A stretch of DNA of 63,703 nucleotides, the filler included, from Basidiobolus meristosporus CBS 931.73 (lineage: Eukaryota > Fungi > Basidiobolomycota), in the NCBI GenBank assembly GCA_002104905.1. It is 4 parts of 4 records of this genome, joined end to end, with 100 filler letters (N's around TTAATTAATTAA, not from the genome) between each part and the next. Parts side by side here need not be neighbours in the genome. Positions count along the whole stretch, not along the records: positions 1 to 13,891 come from MCFE01001192.1; positions 13,992 to 33,902 come from MCFE01001021.1; 2 more parts are not named here. One strand, 5' to 3'. Shown piece after piece: positions 11,651 to 23,100 of the stretch (positions within the stretch are counted from its first letter, which is position 1; each line of letters begins with the position of its first letter). The position numbers were made by a program, and so were the translations under genes. The notes beneath the pieces were generated by a model. The model was not told where the DNA came from. It did no database searches and was given only the letters and a program-made list of their open reading frames with translations.

Positions 11651-11851
11651 ACTTTTTGTTTTATCTCCTTATCGGAAGACCATAGATCTCATGATTGACT
11701 CGGTGGTAAATAGAGCTAACCGAGAAACGTATATTGCTGTGGAGGGGATGGGTGCTGGGATAAATGCACACACATACATAGATATATACGTATGTAAACC
11801 TGAGAAAGGATGAAATGTTAGGTTTAAACTTGACCGATCATCAGGCAGAAC

Positions 11852-11933
11852 GTCGGTCTGTCCGAGTGGTTAAGGAGATAGACTTGAAATCTATTGGGCT
11901 CTGCCCGCACAGGTTCAAATCCTGTGGCCGACG
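11852..11933 (+). tRNA. tRNA-Ser-TGA: tRNA-Ser (TGA)
   Basis: GTCGGTC/GGCCGAC acceptor, ATAGA-CTTGAAA-TCTAT, long variable arm; close paralogue of Ser(CGA) at 1120. Confidence 0.95.
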
Positions 11934-12302
11934 AATTTTTCAAAAATTTACCTTTGCTTTTAATGAGGTTAAAAAGATATTTTGGTTTTTGGAAGAGGGG
12001 AAATAGAATGGCGAAATTTGTAAGTGTACACATAACATCTGCCCCATTCAAGGTTAATGAATACACAATATCGTATTGAAGTCGAATCTACTTGCTATTT
12101 CTAATTAAATAGCACCAAAGTTTACAGATACCAATAACTGTCATTGCTGTACATTACGATATCATGTTGCACTGGTAAATTTCTAATGGCTAGTAATAGA
12201 AAGGATTTGCGCAAATGAAAGTATACCCACTCACAGGCGTTAGCAGAAAACCTAGTTCATCAAGTGGTCCACTAATATGCAAATAGAGAACCAGCTTAAG
12301 TC

Positions 12303-12375
12303 GGTTCCATTGTGTAGTGGTTATCACATCTGCTTTACACGCAGAAGGTCGTGGGTTCGATCCCCACTGGAACCA
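12303..12375 (+). tRNA. tRNA-Val-TAC: tRNA-Val (TAC)
   Basis: GGTTCCA/TGGAACC acceptor, TCTGC-TTTACAC-GCAGA, TTCGATC T-loop. Confidence 0.95.
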
Positions 12376-12653
12376 TTTTGATTTCTTATCTTTTTAGACA
12401 CAAATATACTCGTAACTATGGTAGGGCGGAGCCCGAGTGTCCAACTTCTAGTGTCACCTCCTCCTAATATAGCATAGGAAAGAAGAATAAAATTATCGAG
12501 TAAAGAGGCGTATATAAATTAAACACTATTTACTATATAGACCAGTAAATCTGTACATATACTTAATCTAGTGGTCCGCAACATACCTGAACGATTGGTA
12601 AGCTTTCATGGTATAAATGGTCTTGCTTTTTAAGCATAAATATACCATGACAT

Positions 12654-12726
12654 GGGGTTCTAGCTCAAATGGTAGAGCGCTCGCTTTGCATGCGAGAGGC
12701 ACAGGGATCGATACCCTGGATCTCCA
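12654..12726 (+). tRNA. tRNA-Ala-TGC: tRNA-Ala (TGC)
   Basis: GGGGTTC/GATCTCC acceptor, CTCGC-TTTGCAT-GCGAG, ATCGATA T-loop (A54 is typical of eukaryotic tRNA-Ala). Confidence 0.93.
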
Positions 12727-13143
12727 TCCAACGTTAACAAATCTTTTGCATTTTTCTATTTTCATTATATGCATTTGGAAGATCTCAGATGTTTTCCCAT
12801 TTTCGGAGAGTGCATTATTGCTTACTGCATACATCTACTCAGTATCACCTTCACCTAAAACCAGTACTAAGACTAAGTGTTATTTCCTGTTAGAGTTCTG
12901 AAATTATTTCGTTCTTATGGCTATGATCATGTACCATCCAGGCTGTAAATTCCCGTAAACTTTTGGGAAACTAACTGGAGTGAATTTTACTGATGAGGCA
13001 GTTGAGAGAGGAGATCCTAACCCTACTCTTAATCCCAACATTAATCACTCAAGGTTGGCCGATTTCTAAAGCTATAGGCGTGAGATAATAATCATTTATT
13101 TGGTATCCAAGTGTTTCTATACTATGGCTATGTGCTTTGTACA

Positions 13144-13719
13144 TTAATACTTATATATACGACCAGATACAGATCCATAACTATTGCTAAGGTCGTCTCT
13201 ATAGTTATCTCCTTTGCGATAGCCGTTATCTTGGTAGTTTACCACATGGTCGTTGCCTATTTTAGAATTATCATTGTCATACTTTCCGCTCTTATTATGA
13301 TACTTCTCATTCTTCCGGCTCTCTGTATTGTAAATATGGTCGCCATAGCTATCCTCGTGCAGATAATCACCACGTCTGTGGCCTTTCTCATCACCATAGC
13401 CACCCCTGTCGCGACGGTCTTTATGATATATCCCAGAATTAGCGTATTCGGGACCATATTTGTGAGTGTAGCCCCGACCAGCATAGGAATCGCTGCCACC
13501 CTGTTTGTAGTCCCCCTCTTCATAGTGATTCTTATTGCCTTCATATATGTTGATAGCGTCATCGGCTATATCACCATCATATTTCCTATCGTAGGGTTTC
13601 GACTTTTGATCTCCATATGGTTGAACATGACCGTTAGAGCTATTGTCAGCTGTATCTTTGGGTATATATACAGCAGAAGCGGACAGAGCAAAGAATGTAA
13701 TAAACAGAGAGTATTTCAT
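13144..13719 (-). CDS. Secreted Tyr/Gly/Asp/His/Lys-rich low-complexity protein, 191 aa (start reassigned to MKYSLFITFFALSASA)
   Basis: Clear N-terminal signal peptide; TATATAAA ~95 bp upstream (13811-13818); 25 Tyr and no Cys or Trp by manual count. Confidence 0.8.
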   Translation of the reverse strand: MKYSLFITFFALSASAVYIPKDTADNSSNGHVQPYGDQKSKPYDRKYDGDIADDAINIYEGNKNHYEEGDYKQGGSDSYAGRGYTHKYGPEYANSGIYHKDRRDRGGYGDEKGHRRGDYLHEDSYGDHIYNTESRKNEKYHNKSGKYDNDNSKIGNDHVVNYQDNGYRKGDNYRDDLSNSYGSVSGRIYKY

Positions 13720-13891
13720 GATGAAAGCACTTTTGTTGCTTATATGAGCGAAAGGGAGATAGTTTTCTGACAACAGATGCCTGTCCTCTATTTCTGGGTA
13801 CCTTCCTATTTTTATATAAACCCCATAGCCAGTACACGGAGAAATATCCGAACGCATGGCATAACGCAAGATCCCAGTAGGTGGCTATTTA

Positions 13892-13991
13892 NNNNNNNNN
13901 NNNNNNNNNNNNNNNNNNNNNNNNNNNNNNNNNNNTTAATTAATTAANNNNNNNNNNNNNNNNNNNNNNNNNNNNNNNNNNNNNNNNNNNN
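13892..13991. other. Artificial contig spacer (44 N + TTAATTAATTAA + 44 N)
   Basis: Six-frame stop linker flanked by N runs; identical design at all three gaps. Confidence 0.98.
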
Positions 13992-14340
13992 GAACAAATA
14001 TTTGTACATCCCGTTCTTCTTGGCTCATCCACCCACCTGCAAGAAAGCATGGATCTGCTTGGAACTCTGATGTTATGCCAGGCTTTGTTCCTTGATGGAA
14101 CCATTTCTAGTCATACAAAAGGAATTCTTTTACCAACTCCAAGCTAGGGGCTATCCAACACAGTTCCTAGCTCCTATCTTTTCACTTCACGGTTCCAAAT
14201 TCTTTTACAAAATGAAAACTATACCGGAAGTGACAGGAGTTATCAATAGTACATTGCCCTTGGAGCCCTACAATATCAGTAGCAACAAAAGAAGGGAGAC
14301 ACCATTAGTCTTCTCTACAACCTTTGGCCCTTGAATTTGT
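13992..14340 (+). pseudogene. Penelope-like element RT C-terminal remnant
   Basis: Translates as NKYLYIPFFLAHPPTCKKAWICLEL*CYARLCS...FYQLQARGYP, the YLYIP..S.HP / EL.RY.R.CS / L..RGYP pattern of PLE RTs; stop is TGA in a likely CGA position. Confidence 0.7.
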
Positions 14341-15119
14341 AATCTGAGAATTCCCAAATGGTAACAAGAATTCCAGAAAGAAAAAGATAACGTAGAAGCT
14401 CTACAGAACACCCGTGTAATCTTAGCCTTCCGCAATGGTAGAAACCTTCTTCAATTACTGCAATTAAAGGAACAAACTCCAAGGGCTAACTTGGATGACA
14501 CCCTCACCATTGCCCCTAACCCAGTCACTCATACACGGGAGATTTCACACCCTAAGCACCAAGTCCCTAACCCATTAATATCACATCCTAATGGAGAAGG
14601 ATCTTGTGCCAAAAAAGGTACATTCACCGCTAACTTTGCCAATTTTAGAAAACAACAATATTCCCCCAAAACAAGTGCTGAAACCTCCAAGAAACAAAGA
14701 TACAAGCCAATCTGAACACAAGCAATGTTATTTATTCATTGTTTCCCATGACTTAGTCGGATATTACGAAACAATGTCTCTGCTACAAGGAAAAGCTTGG
14801 TTTACCGCATAATCCCAGCAAAACTTGCTGACTGTTCTTACACAATAATGAACTGCAATGTGGCTTAAACAGACTTAAGAAAATAAGAGGTGAGGTAGTA
14901 TAAAAAGTTCGGACACTGATGAGACCAACTTTGTCAAAATAACCTTGGGAATAGCCTCTCCGGTTATCTGTCCTGAGTTGTTACCTTTTGCCAAAAGTCA
15001 ATTGCTTTAGTTCTATTATTTGTCTCTTGGGATAAATAAAAAACATTAGAAAAACAATTTGTCATCCTCAGTCACTTTGTGGTTTGAAATATTAGTCGCT
15101 CGTAGGTCCCAATTATCCT

Positions 15120-15146
15120 CCTTAACCTCAACCCTAACCCTAACCC
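15120..15146 (+). repeat. Interstitial telomere-like repeat CCTTAA CCTCAA CCCTAA CCCTAA CCC
   Basis: Read directly; it precedes a 5'-truncated LINE fragment. Confidence 0.85.
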
Positions 15147-15149
15147 AAA

Positions 15150-15946
15150 ACTCCACCTGAATAATAGGATCTGTCTTGCCCAACAGGCTCTCAAAAAGCT
15201 TCTGGTAGTAGTCACTCCAGAGACTCCAATTCAAAAGGTCCCTATACTTCTGAAGCAGTATGTACTGCCGGTACTTGAATTTGGTCTCCACATTATACCC
15301 CTAACCTCCAGAGAACTTCACTGCCTGGATAAACTTCTCCATCAGTGTATCAGATCCTTGGTACCTTATCTTCTAGTATCTCCCTATATCCATGCAACTA
15401 ATGGAGCCTTTGGGTTCTACCCATACCAAATCCAAATGGTCTATCTCCGTGCTTCCTTCCTAGTGAAACTTCAGAAATCACATAACCCCTCCATCAAACA
15501 ATGGCTTAAATCTAGCTCCTCCCTGAAATCTTCTTGCGGGCACACCCTGGTTGGCTCTGCTGTAATAACAGAGCTTGCTTCAAAACTTCAAAAAGCAGAG
15601 AAACCAAGACTACTGGCACAGGACCATCTTAGATCTATGTGGCAGAGCTACTTACTAGTCCACACACCTTTCCTACTACACCTAATCCCAGGCTGGGTTC
15701 CAGTCTAGGATTATATTGATCGGAAACATCTACAATTTGTACTTCCCCCAAAACCCTTGAATTTTATATTTACCCCTGATGAGCTTTACTTTATTGAAAC
15801 AAACATTAGAGATGAAACAAAACATAAATTAGACTACTTACTAGAGAGGTTCTAGACCTCTTAATTGGCTTCTTTATTTGTACTTAGATTAGTTCTTGAC
15901 TCAAATAAAGATTTCACCAACTTGGTGACTTTCCCTCCCCTTACCC
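15150..15946 (+). mobile_element. Diverged 5'-truncated LINE 3' fragment with conserved tail
   Basis: QALKKLL...LKQYVLPVLEFGL...LDK aligns by eye to the C-terminus of ORF 17080-19119; ends in TGGCTTCTTT..AATAAAGATT-TCACCAACTTGGTGA-CCCTCCCCTTACCC. Confidence 0.75.
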
Positions 15947-18900
15947 TTCAGGAAGTGCAAGTTGAATGCCAGCCAGCTCAGCAATACCAACAATCTATAT
16001 CAACACCTGTTATCTTGCTTGGAGATCTCAACATTCCCCATCCTGAGAACAAGACTACTCTGACTGCAAGAATGAAGCCAAGGTCTACATTCCTACTGAA
16101 CTTCCTGAGAGAAAGCCATCTGCTAGCACTAGGTGCTCAATCTGAGAAAAGATGTGTTGACTGGATCTGCCCTTCTGCTGCTGCCCTCTACTTTGTGAAT
16201 GAAGTCAAGCAATCCTCTGGAGCTGAGCTAGGATCCTTGAGGGCCTCTGACCACCCAACCTGGTCCCTTTCTATGCAACCAGTTGTGAAGAAGAAGCTGC
16301 CAAAACTTACTGTGCTCACCCACAAAGCTACCAAGAATCAGAAGAAAGACTTTGGGAACTACTTGAAGCTTGCCAGTGTTGTACCCAAGAGAAAGTGTGA
16401 TAAAACTCTTGAATGGTTTAACTGAACCAAGGAGACAATTAAGTGCAGAATCTTAGAATTTTCAGAGAGTGGCGGAAATATTAGCAGAAAGATTCTGATC
16501 TAATATTGGTCTTGGATATAGCTGGGTTGGCTATAAAGACAATGATATTTGTTTGCTAGGCAGGCTAGGCTTGGTGTTCTTTGGAATGCTAGATATACTA
16601 GGCTTGGATAGAAACTAGAACTGAATTGTTGGATTCTTATTTTTGCTGAGACAGAATCTTAATTTTGTTGAGACACACACTAAACCAAAAGGTTCAGTAA
16701 ACTTTATTTATACTTTTCTGATCAAGTTGAATTAGTAAGCGCCAAGGGACTGGATTGATTGAAATCAATTTGGGTGTTCATAGGTGCATAAGATAAATGA
16801 AAATTACATCATCAATCAACTGATGTCTTGGCCACTGCACAGTGGTTAGATAGATCTCAGATGACTAATCACCTGGGAAGGCTTGGCAGATAGGTTGATA
16901 GCGTAATGACCATTTGAAAACAGATCAGGTGTGATAGCTAAAAATAGATTCTGAGGTAGGATAAAATAAACTGTAATTGGGATTTGTTATGTTTGGGTTA
17001 GGGAAAATCAGTTAGGGCACTAGATTTTCAAACGGAGTAAAATTGGCTAAGTTTTAAATGTTGATGCACAACAGCCAGTGTGCTACTTTCTCTGCCAGAT
17101 GACCTCAACTATGCCTGGCTCTTTGTGAAGCATCTGATTCTGGCCTCTGCCTCCCTCTCACTGCCATGCAAGACTACTGCTGTTACCTCAAGAAAATGGG
17201 ACTCCATTGTTTCAGCCCTGCAACAAAGCTACCTGAGTTTCCCTAACCCAAAAACAGAGAAACTTCTCCTGACAGCCATACACCACTCCAAGGCAATTCA
17301 CCACACTCTGCATACTCAACTCTGGGACCATATTATGAGTTCTTTGCCTCTGCAATCTTCCAACTCTATAACAAGAACAGTGTCAAGACTCTACAGGGCA
17401 ATGAGGCCCTCTTCCAGGAAGTTACCTTCAACAGCACAGCTGGCTAACATCTTCTTTTCTACAAAGCAGTACTCAACTCCTGGCTTTCATCCTGACTTCA
17501 AGACTCTGCCAATTCCACATGCACTTGATCAAGAGAGAATCCAGAATGTGCTCAAGAAGCTTCCCTACTCTACTGCTCCAGGTGAGGACACAGTCTCCTA
17601 TGAGCTTCTGAAGACTAGTACCAAGGCCATGTCTGTTCTTCTGCTTCCACTATTTCAGCAATGCTCAGCCCAGCTTTCTACTCCTGAGGAATGGTCCTTT
17701 GCCAATGTTCTGCCACTGTACAAGGGTAAAGGAAAGCACCTGGATCCTAGCTCCTACAGGCCAATATCTCTGCTGCCCACCTGCAGAAAGTTGTTTGAGC
17801 TTCTGATTTCTCAGGAGCTCTACTCTGACTCCCTCAAGTTTCACCATTCACAGTTTGGCTTTGTTCCTGACCTCTCCTTGAAATATGCAGTCATACTTAG
17901 CCAAGATCACTCTCTCCAGTGCAAGTATCCCTCTGTTCTGTTTGATATTACTATGGCCTTTAATTCAGTTGACAGAAATCTGCTTTGGTCCAGGTTGCAA
18001 TGCTTCTCCAGTACCTCTCTCACCCTCCTTGTCAGGTCTCTGTTTCTGGATCCACAAGCAAGAATTCTGCACCCAAGTGAGCAATCACCAGTGTTTTCAG
18101 TTCCTAATGGAGTGGTTCAAGGCTCTGTGCTTGGTCCTATACTGTTTGCCATCTTCCTGAATGATTTCCCAAGACTCTCAGCTGACTGCCCGGCTACTCT
18201 CTTTGCTGATGACATTAGAATATCCTCCTCCAATGTGCAACAAGAATCCCAGTCCATCCACCAGTATCTGCAGAAGAATAATCTCCAGCTTTCCATTGCA
18301 AAGACAGTACCTTTGGGTTGTCCTATCAACTTAGACAACTCCACTCTACCTGCTCAGGTTTCTGCTACATATCTTGGCTTTCCTTTCCTTCCTACTGGAC
18401 TAGACTCTGGAGCACACTTGAAGAAGAGAATCATCCTGGCAAGACAAGCACTCCACAAGCTACTGGCTGTAACTTCTCCTACAATGTCAGCTCCCAGCTG
18501 CCTCCTTCTACTCAAGCAGTTTGTCTTCTCTGTCCTGGAATTTGGCTTACCACTTCTCTCTCTTACTTCTAGAGACTGCACTAAACTTGACAAGTTTGCA
18601 GTCTGGTGCATTACATACTTGGTGCCGTATCTGCCTGAATACCCCTACATATATGCTATTCTTGGTGCTTTTAGGCTTATGCCCTACAAGATCAGACTAC
18701 TCTACCTTAGAACCAGATTATATCTCAGACTTCACCACTGCAACAACCCACTGATCAAGACCGGGAAGGGAACACACCACACTACACCAGGCTCCTGCTG
18801 GAGAACTATACTTGGAGATCCTGAAGTCAAGAAGTTTGCTCATTATATTCTGCAGTCAGAAGAACCCAAGCTGCCCTACCTGAAGCACTTGACAGACCTT

Positions 18901-19181
18901 TGGCAGCAATATCTGCTGCAGCACACTCCCTTTATGGTGAATAACAATCCTTATCACATTCCCCTCATTAATGTTGTTCACAAGTCATTCTTACCTTTCT
19001 TGCTACCCCCCTTGCCACAGAACAGTGTCTTAAGCACTGAAGAACTATCATTACTTCTTATTAACTTACCTACAAACTCCCCTCAGCTACACACTCTTGT
19101 AGCAAAGCTACAACAGTAGCGCTGGCTTCTTTGTTTCAACTGAAATAAAGATTCCACCTGTTGGTGACTGTCTCCCCCTAA
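15946..19181 (+). mobile_element. Non-LTR retrotransposon (APE-RT LINE), 5'-truncated, interrupted by a solo LTR; removing the LTR and one TSD restores a ~820-codon ORF
   Basis: APE motifs VILLGDLN and SDH; RT motifs APGED, YRPISLL, QFGF, GVVQGSVLGP, LFADD; junction reads in frame as ...LKLAS|VLLSLP... Confidence 0.9.
16377..17073 (-). mobile_element. Solo LTR (697 bp) of the Ty3 family at 20160-23649, 5-bp TSD GCCAG
   Basis: TGTTG...CAACA termini; GCCAG at 16372-16376 and 17074-17078; about 20 substitutions vs 22953-23649. Confidence 0.95.
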
Positions 19182-19228
19182 GCCAGAAGAAAATTCCCTG
19201 TCAGCCCTGATACTCCTCCCACTGCCAA

Positions 19229-19752
19229 TTGGGCTGTTTGCTATTTCAGAAATGCTGGCTATCTCCCAATTTTAGAACAAGAAACTACCTCAAGGACCTA
19301 GGTACTCATATGCCTAAGATTATTAACATTCTGTATATTGCCAGGGATCTCTTGGAAGTTATTCTTGACAAAGATATTGTTGAAGATTTTACAGAAGAAG
19401 TCAAAAATATGCTGGATTGGGAGCTCTCAGAACATATATTCAGACGTCATTTAGACGTTCCACTCTTTGTTCCATTCTCTCTGGAAAAAGAACTCCTCAA
19501 AAGGTTTACCAGCTTGTTGAAAAACTCTCCTTCCCTTCAAGTCACAAACATCCTCAAGAAATATTACAGTGAACACGCAGTTTTGCTACATTCTCCTCTG
19601 GACTTTGATATTGAGGATATTTGGGATACAGCAAAGTCCAAGTTTATCTTGTAGGCTTACTGCATCTCAAATATTCATATTCAAATTTGGCTTCTTTATT
19701 TATGATTTAAATAAAGATTTCACCCTGTGGTGATTATCATCCCCCCTAACCC
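19229..19752 (+). mobile_element. Orphan ORF fragment (~140 codons) followed by the LINE-family 3' tail
   Basis: ORF 19229-19654 shows no similarity by eye to the LINE C-terminus, but is followed by the same AATAAA-TCACC/GGTGA-CCCCCCTAACCC tail. Confidence 0.5.
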
Positions 19753-19902
19753 TTGACTTTAGCTTAGATCTATTCATATTCCACTTAGTGTTTACTTTGG
19801 GAATCTTCTATTCCCAGCTGGCTTCTTTATTTGTAGTTATACTTGTCTGAAATCAAGTAAAGATTTCACCTACCTTGGTGAGTTTCCCTCCCCTAACCCT
19901 AA
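19753..19902 (+). mobile_element. Very short element consisting mainly of the LINE 3' tail
   Basis: CTGGCTTCTTTATTT...TCACC-TACCTT-GGTGA...CCCTCCCCTAACCCTAA. Confidence 0.6.
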
Positions 19903-20159
19903 GACTCCCACACTATCCACCAGTATCTGCAGAAGAATAATCTGCAGCTTTCCATTGCATAGATGGTACCTTTGGGTTGTCCTATCAACTTAGAGAACTG
20001 TACTCTGGCTGCTCAGGTTTCTGTTTTATACCTTGACTTTCCTTTCCTTCCTACTGGACTAGACTCTGGAGCACAACTGACAAAGAGAATTATCCTGGCA
20101 AGACAAGCACTCCACAAGCTACTGGATGTTACTCCTCCTACAGCTTCATCTCCCAGCTG
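19902..20159 (+). mobile_element. LINE internal fragment (paralogue of ~18240-18500)
   Basis: High similarity by eye to the RT thumb region; carries a TAG nonsense codon. Confidence 0.8.
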
Positions 20160-23100
20160 TAAAGTCTGGGTAGGATAAGGTGGGTGCTTGTGGAAGCAGT
20201 TGGCAGAGTGACTCAAAGGCTTTGTCATGAGTCTTGTTCCAGGCTGAGGTGAGATCAGGGCTATGGCGTAATGCATCTTAAGGGGCACTCAATGAGGACA
20301 TGAGTGGTATGTGTTCCCTGAAATAGTTGAATACTCCAAGATAATGTTGAAGTTGCTTGGCGCTAGTGGGTTTTGGCCATTCTGGGATATTGACCAGTTT
20401 GAAAGGATCTAATTGGTGGCCAGCTGGTGTGACTATAAATCCAAGTAGATTGATCTTGAGGCGGGCAAAACTGCACTTTTCAGCATTGAGAATCAGTCCA
20501 GCAGTTGTCAGTCTGTTGATTACATCAGTGACATGGGTTGCATGATCATCACGGTTAGTGGAAAATATGATGACGTCATCAACAAATACCAATGCGTATG
20601 GTGCATTCTTGAGTATTATAGTCATGACTCTCTGAAACTTGCTGGTAAGTGTCTTTAGGCCAAAGGGAGCTCCCTGAAACATCCATTGCATATTATTCCA
20701 AGTAAAGGCAGTCTTATGCTGATGATCAGGATGGATCTGGAATCGGTGATATGCATCCTTCAAGTCCAACTTGGAGAATACTTTTGCTCCTGATAGTGCG
20801 GAAAAGATATCTTGGATTCTTGGAATTGGAAACTTGTCATCTTGGAGAAGCTTGTTCAGAGGTCCGGGGTCCAAACAGGGTCTCTTCAGGGTTAGATTTC
20901 CATCAGCATCTTTCTTTGGTGCAAGCGTCAAAGGGCTGTTGAATGTTGTGTTGACGGGGGCTTGAGTGATAATTCCATTGTCAGCCCATTTTTGGACTAT
21001 CTCATCAACTAAGTGTTGACATGAATGCGGAATTGGGTATTGCCTCCTCCATGTTGACTCACCAGGTGGGGTTTCTAGTGTAACAATGGATTCTGGGATG
21101 GTGCAGAAGCTGTTCCTTGGAATGGCCTGATTTCTTTCTATGGCCGGCTGAATATCCAATTTGACTGATTGAGAATATACTTGAAAAGTTGGGGTTAACT
21201 CTTCTTCTTCTGGTTGGGATGAGATAATCTCTGGGATTTGATCCATCATGAGCAGCTGAGATTTAGTGATTCCTGGATAGGAAACTGGTAGTCCGCATAT
21301 GTGAAAGCCAAGTTTGGTGAAGGTGTCCAGACCAATGACTACCTGAGGTCCATCTGGTATGTCAATAACTTCCATCTGATGGATTATGGTTACTGAGCCA
21401 CAATGTATGTTGATTGGGTTGGTAATGCCAATTCTTGGGGCTGAGAGATCCTTAGCTGCAAGAATGATTTTTCCTGGTCGTTTTTCTACCTCCAAATTGA
21501 GATCTCTGACTACATTGGGTGATACAATAGAGTTGGATGATCCAGTATCCAGTAGTGCTACGTATGATTGGCCATTGAGGGTGAGTGGTACTTCTATGGC
21601 TTTGAGCTGTGTGATTGGTTGCTTCTTTTCTTGAACAGTTGCAATTTTAGCCGGAAACTCAAAGAGGTTGTGATAATCTTGAACTGTAAGTTCTTCATAT
21701 GCTTCTTCATACCCCATTGTATCATTGGCTGAATGATCATCAAGGATCTGGGTAATTTTGGCTGATGGTGTGGAGTTCTTCTCAGGACAGGCAGGTGATC
21801 TATGTCCCATATTTCCACATTTAAAGCACTTGTCATCAGCATATCGATTATCAGTTTTGGTGTTTTGCTGCTTTTCTGAGGTGTTTCCTGACTTGTTTGA
21901 CTGCTTGGTGATGCCTTTGCATTCACTGGTAGAATGATAGCATTTTCCATGAAGCTCACAGTATTTGGTAGCGGTTGGCTGCTTCTTGGTCACATGACTG
22001 GTCTCTTTTCCGGCTGTTGTGGGATCTTGGGTTGAGTTGCCTGAAGTCTGGCTAACAGCTGCAGTCAAGGTGATTGCCAGTGTACATATCTCTGAGATCT
22101 GGTCATAGGTACGTGCAGGGTTGCATGCTTTGACAATAGCAATATTGCTCTGTAGCTGGTGTGAAAAGTTTGAAAGAAAATGAGCAGTAAGCAATGGATT
22201 ATCATCACTAACTCCAGCTAATCTCATTTGTCTTTGGAATCTATCACAGAAGTGTTGCACAGATTCACCTTTTTGCATTTTAGTTTTCCATAAGTCGCAG
22301 TTCAGATGTGCTCTCTTGAGAGGATCCTCAAAATGGCTGCAAAAGAGGTTTTGGGCAATTTTCCACGTACTATTGGAAGGAATGTTCACTTCAACCCAGT
22401 CAGCATCTTGCATTGTGAGACAGAGAGGCAGAAGTCTAGCCCAGTTGGTGTCAGGGTCTAGCTGGTGTGCAGCTAAGATGTGACTAAACTTATAAAGAAA
22501 CTCAGTTGGATTCTTGATGGCATTGGTGCCTTCAGCATAAACAGGCAAGGATCTTGGGACAACAACCGGGGCAGGTCTAGAAGGAGATGTAGATCTGGAG
22601 GATTCAAAGGCATGACTTCTTGGTGGCTGATGCAGAGCAAGGTTTGGCGGATTTTCAATGCTGTCAATTACTATGGCAATATTCTCCAGTGCTTCCTTAA
22701 TTATTCCAATTTCATCTTGGTAACCAGATATAACTTCAAGGAGTTCATCTCTACGGTAATTATCAGATCTTGTTTTGGCAAGCTTTGAGTGCTCAAGCAT
22801 CATGGTGTTTCTTTCAAGCATGATTATTTTCAAGCTGTTCAGTAAGTTCTTCCTGATTTCTTCTGGCTTCTTCCAACATGGAAAGGTTTGGATTGCTTGC
22901 TGCTGAGGACATCTTCTAATCGGCTGAATGTAATGGAATTCAACAAAAAAAATGTTGTATCCAAGAGAAAGTGTAATAAAACTCTTGAATGGTTTAACTG
23001 AACCAAAGGGACAATTAAGTGCAGAATCTTAGAGTTGTCAGAGAGTGGCGGAAATATTAGCAGAAAGATTCTGATCTAATATTGGTCTTGGATATAGCTG

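Noticed and set aside
12605-12650. 10-bp inverted repeat TCATGGTATA/TATACCATGA just upstream of tRNA-Ala
   Set aside because: Single occurrence, no TSD or second copy; cannot be separated from chance.
13111-13770. 219-aa very hydrophobic + strand ORF resembling a membrane protein
   Set aside because: It is the antisense shadow of the Tyr/Asp-rich secreted gene, which has the signal peptide and TATA box.
13892-13991. TTAATTAATTAA palindrome inside N runs (also 33947-33958 and 51159-51170)
   Set aside because: Identical 44N-12-44N design at all three gaps indicates an artificial six-frame-stop linker; no cross-contig linkage can be inferred.
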